From an uncultured Muribaculaceae bacterium (GTDB lineage Bacteria > Bacillota_I > Bacilli_A > RF39 > UBA660): a stretch of DNA of 64,000 bases. Positions 1 to 8,397 of the stretch are shown one piece after another (the stretch's first letter is position 1; every line of letters starts with the position of its first letter). Location: assembly GCA_964650315.1 (NCBI GenBank), contig CAZYQE010000003.1, positions 15,772-79,771 of the forward strand, given 5' to 3'. A program made the position numbers and the translations under genes. Below the pieces are notes generated by a model. That model was not told where the DNA came from, made no database searches, and saw only the letters and a list, made by a program, of their open reading frames with translations.

Positions 1-1511
1 TTAGTTAATTCATATATTCCAATATATCCTAAAGATAATGTAGAATATGTACTATTTAAATATTTATCAATCTTTTCACCTTTTTTAAGACGAGCAATAG
101 CTCCATATTGCCAGTGAATTGGTGAAGTATCACTTAAAGTTCCAAGTAAAGCTTCATGACGACACATTAAAGCTTCCTTACATAACTCTAATCTCTCATC
201 AAAAATCTTCCAGAACTTATCTTCATCTTTTTCTGCAACTATACCAACTTGAGGTAAGTTAATAGAAACAACACCTTGATTAAATCTACCTTCAAATTTA
301 TAATTACCATCTTTATCTTTCCAAGGAGATAAGAAACTTCTACATCCCATTGGACTGAAAACATTTCCTTCATAATTTTCACGCATTTTCTTAGCACTAA
401 TATAATCAGGATACATTCTCTTAGCAGAACATTTAATAGCAAGTTTAGTTAAGTAATCATACTCTCCTCCACTTAAGTTATTGTTTTCATCTAAAACATA
501 AACAAGTTTTGGGAAAGCTGGAGTAACATAAACTCCTTTTTCATTCTTAATACCTTGATATCTTTGTCTTAATATTTCTTCAAAGATTAAAGCATTTTCT
601 TTAATATATTTATCATCATCTTTTAAATGCATAAATAGTGTTACAAATGGAGATTGTCCATTAGTAGTCATTAATGTATTTATTTGATATTGAATAGTTT
701 GAACACCTGCTTTAATTTCATCTTTAACTCTTTCATCAGCAAGTTCTTCAATTTGTTTCTTAGTTAAATCTTTATGATTTTTCTTTATATTTCTTACAAA
801 CTTATCTCTAGATTTTTTAACGTATTTACCTAAATGAGATACATCTACAGATTGTCCACCATATTGGTTAGAGGCAACTGCGGCGATAATTTGAGTAGTT
901 ACAGTACAAGCAACTTGAAAACTCTTTGGAGATTCAATCATTTTACCATTCATAACCATTCCATTATCTAGCATATCTTCAATATTGATTAAACAACAAT
1001 TAAATATTGGTTGTACAAAATAATCTGCATCATGGAAATGTAGAACACCTTCATCATGTGCTTCACTAATCTTCTCAGGAAGTAAGATACGACGAGTTAA
1101 GTCTCTTGATACTTCTCCTGCGATATAGTCTCTTTGAGTTGAAGCTAAAACTGTACTCTTATTAGAGTTTTCTTCAGCTAACTCTTTATTTGTATTTTTA
1201 ATTAAACTTAATATAGATTCATCAGTAGTATTAGCTTTTCTAACTAATGCTCTTGTATATCTATACGTAATATACTCTCTAGCTAATGAATACTTATTAA
1301 GTGCCATTAACTTCTCTTCAATAATATCTTGAATGTCTTCAACTAACATCCTTCTTTTCTTTAAACCCATTACATATTTTATAATGTTTTCAATTTGTCT
1401 ATCAGTAATGCGATCGTCTTCGGCAACACAATCATTAGCTTTACTAATAGCGACTCTAATTTTTTCTGGATCAAAGTCTACACTTTTTCCATCTCTTTTA
1501 ATCACTTTCAT
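1..1511 (-). CDS. nrdD: Anaerobic (class III) ribonucleoside-triphosphate reductase NrdD, N-terminal ~503 codons. The 3' end runs off the window start.
   Basis: Absent from the ORF track because no stop lies in the window. My translation from the ATG at 1511-1509 gives MKVIKRDGKSVDFDPEKIRVAISKA (ATP-cone), then EAHDEGVLHFHDADYF and YEGNVFSPMGCRSFLSPW. SD GGAGAGG lies upstream. Confidence 0.9.
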   Translation of the reverse strand, partial: MKVIKRDGKSVDFDPEKIRVAISKANDCVAEDDRITDRQIENIIKYVMGLKKRRMLVEDIQDIIEEKLMALNKYSLAREYITYRYTRALVRKANTTDESILSLIKNTNKELAEENSNKSTVLASTQRDYIAGEVSRDLTRRILLPEKISEAHDEGVLHFHDADYFVQPIFNCCLINIEDMLDNGMVMNGKMIESPKSFQVACTVTTQIIAAVASNQYGGQSVDVSHLGKYVKKSRDKFVRNIKKNHKDLTKKQIEELADERVKDEIKAGVQTIQYQINTLMTTNGQSPFVTLFMHLKDDDKYIKENALIFEEILRQRYQGIKNEKGVYVTPAFPKLVYVLDENNNLSGGEYDYLTKLAIKCSAKRMYPDYISAKKMRENYEGNVFSPMGCRSFLSPWKDKDGNYKFEGRFNQGVVSINLPQVGIVAEKDEDKFWKIFDERLELCKEALMCRHEALLGTLSDTSPIHWQYGAIARLKKGEKIDKYLNSTYSTLSLGYIGIYELT

Positions 1512-1574
1512 AAAATTTACCTCTCCTCTTATTTTTTCTACACTATCATCATAAAATATTTAAAAATAAAAAAC

Positions 1575-1590
1575 TGTTGCATTTGCAACA
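1575..1590. promoter_or_regulatory. Near-perfect 16-bp palindrome TGTTGCAT/TTGCAACA (TGTTG-N6-CAACA), a candidate Crp/Fnr-family operator. It overlaps a TTGCAT(-35)-17 nt-TATAAT(-10, 1600-1605) promoter for the regulator gene.
   Basis: Read directly. The arms match 7 of 8 positions. The architecture resembles the CRP-type TGTGA-N6-TCACA site. It lies between divergent nrdD and the Crp/Fnr gene. Confidence 0.4.
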
Positions 1591-1633
1591 ATTTTACACT
1601 ATAATTAAATTATAGAAAAAGGAGGGCTTTCAA

Positions 1634-2260
1634 ATGCTTGAAAAACTTAGGATTTATGAAAATTTAGATGAAAAAAAATTTTTGTCGACTTTACAGTCTA
1701 ATACAATTTTTTACAAAAATAATCAAACTATTGCCTACTCTTTAGGAGATAGAAATGTTATTGGAATTATAGAAGAAGGATCAGCTAACTTAGTTAGATT
1801 TGATTATAATGGTGAAAGAACTATTGTAGAGGAATTATATAGTGGAGATATATTCTCAGATATGTTTTATTCTTCTACTAATAGTGAATTATTAGTTATC
1901 GCAACATCTAATTGTAAAGTTACTTTTGTATCATATGATGAATTAATAAATAAAGCTCAAACAAGTATTAATGCATTATCATTCTTAGATAACTTAATAA
2001 GTCTAATTACAGACAAATTAGTAAAAAGAAACGAAAGAATAGAGCTACTTACTACTAGAACTATTAGAAATAAATTGCTTGCTTACTTTGAATTACAAAC
2101 AAAAAAAGTAAATTCCAAGTCTTTTGACTTAGAATATACTTATACTGATCTAGCTGATTATCTAGCAATTGACAGAAGTGCCATGATGAGAGAATTAAAA
2201 CATCTAAAAGAAGATGGATTTATAAATGATATAAATAGAAAGATTACTTTATTATATTAG
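1634..2260 (+). CDS. Crp/Fnr-family transcriptional regulator (cNMP-binding-like barrel plus C-terminal HTH)
   Basis: 208 aa. C-terminal HTH TYTDLADYLAIDRSAMMRELKHLKEDGFI. SD GGAGGG lies 7 nt upstream of the ATG. Confidence 0.8.
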   Translation: MLEKLRIYENLDEKKFLSTLQSNTIFYKNNQTIAYSLGDRNVIGIIEEGSANLVRFDYNGERTIVEELYSGDIFSDMFYSSTNSELLVIATSNCKVTFVSYDELINKAQTSINALSFLDNLISLITDKLVKRNERIELLTTRTIRNKLLAYFELQTKKVNSKSFDLEYTYTDLADYLAIDRSAMMRELKHLKEDGFINDINRKITLLY

Positions 2261-2976
2261 TAATCTTTTTTATTATTATTTAATTCTAATCTAAGAGTTT
2301 TATTTCTTTTCATTGGCATACTAACACTATTATCATAATAGTGTTTATCACCACAAATTGGCTCGTTTCCTCTTCTAAAACTTTCTAAATATTGACGATA
2401 TCTTTTAAGATCATCAATATTAGAATTATCAATTACTTCATCAAGAGTTATATTCTCTTCTTTATTTTTCTTTTTTATAATTTTATAAGTATGTTCAGGA
2501 ATTAATGAATCTTCTTTTCTTAATTCATCACTAACTTCATCCTTTTCATTTTTACTTCTTGGTTCCATTTTCTTTATAAACCTATTAATTCTAATATTAT
2601 TATATCTTTGTAACATAATACAATACGAATTTAAAGCTATTAAAGGAGGAATTATAATATCTGTAACTAAAGATGCTTCTCCTGCAATTATTTTTATAGA
2701 TGGAGATACACATAACAATAGCCCTAATACATGAATTCCTGAATTCAAAAATAATTGTTTTTTAAACTTCTTAACATCATCGACACTCTTAACTTTCCCT
2801 AAGTGATAATTACCACCACTATCTCTTAACATATTTCGTCTCTCTTCTTTAGTCATATGTCTAGTAAAAGGATATGTTACTAATTCATTTAAAGACAACA
2901 AAAATTTCTTAAATTTCTTAATACCTAACATCTCATATATCTTCATTTCAACGCTTTTATTCTTTTTCTTTTTCAT
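2257..2976 (-). CDS. Membrane protein of unknown function with a weak CrtO-like acyltransferase signature and a Lys/Glu-rich C-terminal tail
   Basis: The ORF-track start at 3006 lies inside a TTGACA-17-TAATAT promoter. The ATG at 2976 (MKKKKNKSVEMKIYEMLGIKKFKK) has SD GAGAGG. The motif IMLQRYNNIRI resembles the QRYNRPR motif of CrtO-type proteins. Confidence 0.45.
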   Translation of the reverse strand: MKKKKNKSVEMKIYEMLGIKKFKKFLLSLNELVTYPFTRHMTKEERRNMLRDSGGNYHLGKVKSVDDVKKFKKQLFLNSGIHVLGLLLCVSPSIKIIAGEASLVTDIIIPPLIALNSYCIMLQRYNNIRINRFIKKMEPRSKNEKDEVSDELRKEDSLIPEHTYKIIKKKNKEENITLDEVIDNSNIDDLKRYRQYLESFRRGNEPICGDKHYYDNSVSMPMKRNKTLRLELNNNKKDY

Positions 2977-3043
2977 TACAAACAACCTCTCTTGAAATCG
3001 GCTCATATATTAACATAAAAAGGTGAAATTGTCAATTTCATAA

Positions 3044-3068
3044 AACAAAAAAAGAGCATATAGCTCTA
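3044..3068 (-). terminator. Rho-independent terminator after tex
   Basis: The minus-strand RNA reads AGAGC-UAUAU-GCUCU followed by UUUUUUU. The hairpin overlaps the tex stop codon. Confidence 0.5.
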
Positions 3069-5213
3069 GTCTTTTATTAAGCTTAAACTGAGTTTTTGCT
3101 TATTTAAATCAATATCTTCTACATAACAATCTACTATATCTCCTACACTAAATAAGTCTCCTGGATGTTTAATATAACTTTTAGATAATTTAGATATATG
3201 AGCAAGTCCATCATCATGTAATCCAACATCTATAAATAAACCAAAATCTACTACATTTCTAACAGTACCTTGAAGCTTATCTCCTACATGCAAGTCTTCT
3301 ATATGTAGGATATCACTCTTTAATATTGGTTTATCTAACTCATCCCTAGGATCTCTTTCAGGAGAAGATAGAGAATCTATTATATCTTTTAAAGTATATT
3401 TATCTATATCTAACTCTTCACTATATATATCTATATCTATATTTAGTGAACTTTTTAATTTATCAGTACCAATATCATTAATATTAAAACCTAAACTAGT
3501 AAGTAACTTAATAGTAGCGTCATAACTTTCTGGATGAATAGATGTTTTATCTAGAGGATTAGATCCATCTACTATTCTAATAAAACCAATAGATTGTTCA
3601 TATACTTTAGGAGTCATACCTTTTAACTTCTTAATATCATCTCTACTTATAAATTTACCAATCTTATCCCTAGTAGAAAGTATTTCATTAATTACTTTCT
3701 TAGTAAGTCCAGATACATAACTAAGTAGTGAACTACTAGCAGTATTTATATTAACTCCTACTGAGTTAACTGATTTAGTTACAACAAAGTTTAATGATTC
3801 ATCTAGTTTCTTAGGAGTAACATCGTGTTGGTATAAACCTACTCCGATACTCTTAGGATCTATCTTAACTAATTCAGATAAAGAATCTTGTAATCTTCTA
3901 CCAATACTTATAGCACTTCTTTTTTCTACAGTTAAATCTGGAAATTCATCTATTGCAAGCTTAGAAGCAGAATAAACAGAAGCTCCTGCTTCACTTACTA
4001 TTACATATTCTACTTTTCTTTTAGCTTCTTTTATAATATCAGCAATAAAAGCTTCAGACTCCCTAGATGCAGTACCATTACCTATAGCAATTATATCTAT
4101 ATTATATTTATCTATTAAATCTAATACTATTTTTTTAGACTCAGATATCTTATTATGAGGCTCTGTAGGATATATTACTGCGATATCTAGAGGTTTACCT
4201 GTTTTATCAAGCACAGCTAACTTACAACCTGTTCTAAAGCCTGGATCATATCCTAAAACCACTTTTTCTTTAATTGGTGGTGTAAGTAATAAATGTTCTA
4301 CATTAGTAGAAAAGTTCTCTATAGATACTTCTTCAGCTTTTTCTTTTAATTCACTTCTTATTTCTCTTTCAACACTAGGTAATATTAATCTCTTTAAAGA
4401 ATCTTTAATACTATCCTTTACAATATCTACAACATATGATTTATCATTCTTAATTATTTTCTTTTCTAAGAATAAAATAATATCATCTTTATTATAATCC
4501 ATAGATACAGTTATTACTTTTTCTTTTTCAGCTCTGTTAATTGCCATTATACGATGAGGTTTTATATACTTAATAGCTTCACTATAATCATAATACATCT
4601 CATATATACTCTTTTCATCTTCTGCATTCTTTTTCTTTTTAGTTACTAACATACCATTCTTATATATAAAACTTCTAATATACTTTCTATAATAAGCATT
4701 ATCACTAATCCATTCTGCAATTATATAAGAACTATTAAGAATAGCATCTTCTACAGTCTTTACTTTATCATTAATAAACTTCTTACATAAATCTTCTATA
4801 GTACCATTAGTAGGAAAAGCCATAATCATCTTAGCAAGTGGTTCTAGTCCTAAAGCAATAGCTTCTGTAGCTTTAGTCTTTTTCTTTTCTTTATATGGTC
4901 TATATAAATCTTCTACTTCTACTAACTTATTACATTTTAATATATTACTTTTTAATTCTTCAGTAAGCATACCCTTTTCATCTATTAATCTAATAACATC
5001 TTCTTTTCTTTTTAATAGATTATTTTGGTATTCATACACTTCATTTATCTTTCTAATTACTTCTTCATCAAGTGCCCCTGTAGCTTCTTTTCTATATCTA
5101 GCAATAAAAGGTATAGTATTACCCTCTTCTAACATAGAAAGCACAGTACTTACTTGGTTAGTACTTATATTTAAATCTTCACTTATACTTTTTATAATCA
5201 TTTCATTCATCAT
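3066..5213 (-). CDS. tex: Tex-like transcription accessory protein (YqgF/RuvC-like domain, HhH, C-terminal S1 domain)
   Basis: Motifs TIPFIARYRKEATGALDE and GYDPGFRTGCKLAVLD, plus a C-terminal S1 domain (GDKLQGTVRNVVDFGLFIDVG). The track start at 5231 is a TTG. The ATG at 5213 follows SD GGAAAGAGG. Confidence 0.9.
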   Translation of the reverse strand: MMNEMIIKSISEDLNISTNQVSTVLSMLEEGNTIPFIARYRKEATGALDEEVIRKINEVYEYQNNLLKRKEDVIRLIDEKGMLTEELKSNILKCNKLVEVEDLYRPYKEKKKTKATEAIALGLEPLAKMIMAFPTNGTIEDLCKKFINDKVKTVEDAILNSSYIIAEWISDNAYYRKYIRSFIYKNGMLVTKKKKNAEDEKSIYEMYYDYSEAIKYIKPHRIMAINRAEKEKVITVSMDYNKDDIILFLEKKIIKNDKSYVVDIVKDSIKDSLKRLILPSVEREIRSELKEKAEEVSIENFSTNVEHLLLTPPIKEKVVLGYDPGFRTGCKLAVLDKTGKPLDIAVIYPTEPHNKISESKKIVLDLIDKYNIDIIAIGNGTASRESEAFIADIIKEAKRKVEYVIVSEAGASVYSASKLAIDEFPDLTVEKRSAISIGRRLQDSLSELVKIDPKSIGVGLYQHDVTPKKLDESLNFVVTKSVNSVGVNINTASSSLLSYVSGLTKKVINEILSTRDKIGKFISRDDIKKLKGMTPKVYEQSIGFIRIVDGSNPLDKTSIHPESYDATIKLLTSLGFNINDIGTDKLKSSLNIDIDIYSEELDIDKYTLKDIIDSLSSPERDPRDELDKPILKSDILHIEDLHVGDKLQGTVRNVVDFGLFIDVGLHDDGLAHISKLSKSYIKHPGDLFSVGDIVDCYVEDIDLNKQKLSLSLIKD

Positions 5214-5260
5214 GCATACCTCTTTCCACAATAAATATTATACCATAAAAAAAGATATGA

Positions 5261-5965
5261 TTAATAACCATATCTTAATATTTCAAATGTTACATTATAA
5301 GAAACTTCATATTTAGCAGCTTCTCTACTACTTGCATAAAGTAGGTCAAATAAGAATTTCTTTCCTATACCGATATTACCGCCTCTATCTAATACGATAG
5401 CAATTATATTATTACCAGCTTTTGAATTCTTAATTCTTACAATAGTTCCAAATTTATATTTCCTATCACCTGCAACTATTCTAATTTTTCCATACTTTTT
5501 ATCTTTATAATAAATATTACCATTCCTAGCATTTATACCACTAGCAAGATTACCACTACAACCTTTACAATCAGGTCCATATCCACTCATCTTACCTTTT
5601 AGTGTTTCTAATACATATGTCTTTGGTTTTGCCGGTGTGGGTTTAGGTACTACTCTTGGTTGTGTTCTTTGTACTTGTTGTTTATAAACAGGTTTACTCT
5701 TAGGAATAACTCGTTTTGTTTCTTCTTTAGTATCTACTTTCTTTTCTTCTTGTTTTTCCTCTTTCTTAACCTCTTCTTTTTTTTCTTCTTTATCTATTTT
5801 CTTATCTTCTTTTTTATTATTAGATTTAATTACAACACTCTTTAACATCTTAGTTTGTACTTCTGTTTTACTCATACCTGTTTGTGGTTTCATAGGCGCA
5901 AAAACAAAAGCCACTGGAATCATAATTAATAATAAACAATTTATAGTATAAATAAAATATTTCAT
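5261..5965 (-). CDS. Secreted DPBB-fold (3D/RlpA-like) putative cell-wall lytic protein with a Lys/Glu/Pro-rich linker
   Basis: N-terminal signal/TM segment, a KE-rich low-complexity stretch, and a C-terminal domain containing IVAGDRKYKFGTIVRI and IVLDRGGNIG. Confidence 0.5.
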   Translation of the reverse strand: MKYFIYTINCLLLIMIPVAFVFAPMKPQTGMSKTEVQTKMLKSVVIKSNNKKEDKKIDKEEKKEEVKKEEKQEEKKVDTKEETKRVIPKSKPVYKQQVQRTQPRVVPKPTPAKPKTYVLETLKGKMSGYGPDCKGCSGNLASGINARNGNIYYKDKKYGKIRIVAGDRKYKFGTIVRIKNSKAGNNIIAIVLDRGGNIGIGKKFLFDLLYASSREAAKYEVSYNVTFEILRYGY

Positions 5966-6066
5966 ATTAAAACTCCTCGTATATATAAGATTATCATATT
6001 TACAAAGAGTTTACAATCGTTTAACGTATATTAATAAATTATCAAATGTAAAATTTTACATCGTAA

Positions 6067-6903
6067 TTATTGTGTTCTTTCACAAGTATAACCAGCTGCT
6101 TTCATTTCCTTTTCTATCTTATTTATATTATCTTTATACTTATAATTAGGATATACTCCACCAGCTTCAATATAACTATTAGTTACCTTTTCTACTTTAA
6201 TATCTACATAGCGAAGTTCTTGTTCTACAATAGTAGTTTTATCATTTAAACTACACCTAATATTAACTCCATCTAAACCTTTAGTTTGTAATTTCAAATT
6301 ATCACAATTTTTCTTTAGTTTTTGTAAATGTTCTAAATCTTTAGATAAACTACCAGTAGTAGTAACTTTATTATCTAGTCTAGTCAACTTATTATTTGTA
6401 AAAGAGAAAGTATTTTCGTATTCATAATTAAAATTATCATCATTATCTTTTTTCTTACAATATAAATCACCTGTAGTAATAAGTCCTTCATTATTTTTTA
6501 AGTATTGTTTTTCATTTAAATAATGACTTATATCTGGCAAATAGAATACAAAAGCAAACAATAATACAAATAGAATAATTGTCATAATATATCTAAAATT
6601 ACTTTTCTCTCTTTTTAATTGTTTAGCTTTTTGTTTAGCTAGTTTTTTGGCTTCTTTCTTAGTTAATGGCTTCTGTGGTGTGACAGGTTGTGCTGGTTGT
6701 GTAGATTTTACTTGATTAGGATTATTTTGAACAGTTTGAGTATTCACTGCTTGTGCTGGTTGCGCAGTTTGTGTTACTGGCTTACTTACTGTTTGAACAG
6801 TAGGTTTCACAGTAGCAGTTTGATTTGTAGTAGTATTCTGTGTTGGCATTAATTGTTCAACATTGTTATTAGTATTATTCTTACTACTAGTATCATTGTT
6901 CAT
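6067..6903 (-). CDS. Hypothetical bitopic membrane protein with a Gln/Thr/Pro-rich N-terminus and a 4-Cys C-terminal domain
   Basis: The ATG at 6903 has SD GGGAG 8 nt upstream; the track start at 6912 is a GTG. One TM segment (IMTIILFVLLFAFVFYL). No family recognised. Confidence 0.5.
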   Translation of the reverse strand: MNNDTSSKNNTNNNVEQLMPTQNTTTNQTATVKPTVQTVSKPVTQTAQPAQAVNTQTVQNNPNQVKSTQPAQPVTPQKPLTKKEAKKLAKQKAKQLKREKSNFRYIMTIILFVLLFAFVFYLPDISHYLNEKQYLKNNEGLITTGDLYCKKKDNDDNFNYEYENTFSFTNNKLTRLDNKVTTTGSLSKDLEHLQKLKKNCDNLKLQTKGLDGVNIRCSLNDKTTIVEQELRYVDIKVEKVTNSYIEAGGVYPNYKYKDNINKIEKEMKAAGYTCERTQ

Positions 6904-6919
6904 AATAATCACTCCCTTT

Positions 6920-7546
6920 TTATCTTAAATTATCTATTCTTTTTTGAAAATCATCTGACTTTATTATATAACTACCTGCAGTTACCATATCAGATAATTT
7001 TACTTTCTCCTTGGTACTTTCATTTATACCACCATCTACATTTATTAAAACATTAGCCTTATATTCATTTAGTAATACTCTAAGTTCTTCTAACTTCTTA
7101 GTAGTTTCATCTATAAATTTTTGTCCCCCCATACCAGGTTCTACACTCATTACTAAAACTAAATCTAACAATGGTAAATATGGTACTAAATCTTTAACCG
7201 GTGTATTAGGTTTAATAGCTAATCCACATTTTATACCATAACTTTTTATTAATTCTAGATTTTCAACTACTTCATCAGTTGCTTCTACATGAAAAGTTAT
7301 ATATTCACTATTCAGTTCAGCATATAAAGGAATATACTTTTCAGGCTTATCAACCATTAAATGAACATCTAATCTTTTATCAGTAAATTTATATATATTT
7401 TTCATTTCTCTAAATGGCATAGTCTTGTTACTAACAAATTTACCATCCATTATATCTAAATGAATATAATCTACATCTGTTTCATTTAATTTCTTTAGAT
7501 CATTAGGTGGAAAATCACTACTTAAAAATGACGCACTTACTAGCAT
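6920..7546 (-). CDS. rpe: Ribulose-phosphate 3-epimerase
   Basis: Motifs HLDIMDGKFV, DVHLMV, VMSVEPGMGGQKF and VDGGIN. The start overlaps the rsgA stop (TAATG). Confidence 0.9.
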   Translation of the reverse strand: MLVSASFLSSDFPPNDLKKLNETDVDYIHLDIMDGKFVSNKTMPFREMKNIYKFTDKRLDVHLMVDKPEKYIPLYAELNSEYITFHVEATDEVVENLELIKSYGIKCGLAIKPNTPVKDLVPYLPLLDLVLVMSVEPGMGGQKFIDETTKKLEELRVLLNEYKANVLINVDGGINESTKEKVKLSDMVTAGSYIIKSDDFQKRIDNLR

Positions 7547-8379
7547 TATTTCACATCCTTTTTAATAAAGTTTAAATAATTACTATATCTACTCTCTATT
7601 ATATTATTATCACTTACTGCCTTTTTTACTTCACATTCTTTTTCATTAGTATGCATACAGTCTTTAAAAGGACAAGGATATTTCTTAAATTCAATAAAAG
7701 CATCTCTTATTTCTTGATCACTAAAATCATTAAAATCAAGAGCTGAAAATCCTGGTGTATCCATAATCTTACCACCATATAATTCAAACATTTCAACTAC
7801 TCTAGTAGTATGTCTTCCTCTACCTAAAGCAACAGACACTTCTCCAGTTTTTAAATTCCAATCTGGATTCAATCTATTCAACAAAGTACTTTTACCAGCA
7901 CCAGTTTGTCCAGTAAAAACACTAGTCTTATTAGAAATTAATTTTTCTATAGTCTCTAAATCAGTATTAGAAACTACTTTATATCCTATATTTTTATAAT
8001 AATCTAAGTATTTATAAACTTCATTAAGTTTATTTTCATCAACCAAATCTTCTTTAGTAATACATATTATTGGTTCCACTTTAGAAAGTTCCATTAATAC
8101 TATTAACTTATCTAATAGGTGCAATGAAAAATCTGGATTGACTAAACTAGTAATTAGAAAAGCTCTATCTATATTACTAACCTTTGGTCTTTTAAACTCA
8201 TTCCTCCTAGGAAGAATCTTTTCAATAACCTTTTTATCTTTATCAAATACTACATAATCTCCCACTAAAGGTATTATTTTATCTTTTCTAAAGATACCTC
8301 TACATTTACAAGGATAAACGTTATTATCATAACTAACATAATGTAAATCACTATTTATTTTTATTATTTGACCTTGCAT
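7546..8379 (-). CDS. rsgA: Ribosome small-subunit biogenesis GTPase RsgA
   Basis: OB-fold N-terminus, circularly permuted GTPase (GQTGAGKSTLLN) and a C-terminal Zn-finger cysteine cluster (CPFKDCMHTNEKEC). Confidence 0.9.
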   Translation of the reverse strand: MQGQIIKINSDLHYVSYDNNVYPCKCRGIFRKDKIIPLVGDYVVFDKDKKVIEKILPRRNEFKRPKVSNIDRAFLITSLVNPDFSLHLLDKLIVLMELSKVEPIICITKEDLVDENKLNEVYKYLDYYKNIGYKVVSNTDLETIEKLISNKTSVFTGQTGAGKSTLLNRLNPDWNLKTGEVSVALGRGRHTTRVVEMFELYGGKIMDTPGFSALDFNDFSDQEIRDAFIEFKKYPCPFKDCMHTNEKECEVKKAVSDNNIIESRYSNYLNFIKKDVK

Positions 8380-8397
8380 AAATCCCCCTAATTAATA

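Noticed and set aside
239-1604. Track ORFs 239-442(-), 1333-1554(+) and 1395-1604(+)
   Set aside because: They overlap the nrdD reading frame, which the track omits because its 3' end runs off the window start. That frame translates into conserved class III RNR motifs.
1540-1615. Possible NrdR boxes (ACACTATC... at 1540 and ACACTATAATTAAATTATAG at 1596) upstream of nrdD
   Set aside because: Only the left half-sites match the acaCwAtATaTwGtgt consensus. The second site is 17 bp rather than 16 bp and lacks the terminal TGT. The 56-bp spacing does not match the usual tandem arrangement of about 31-32 bp. I kept it only as a generic palindrome.
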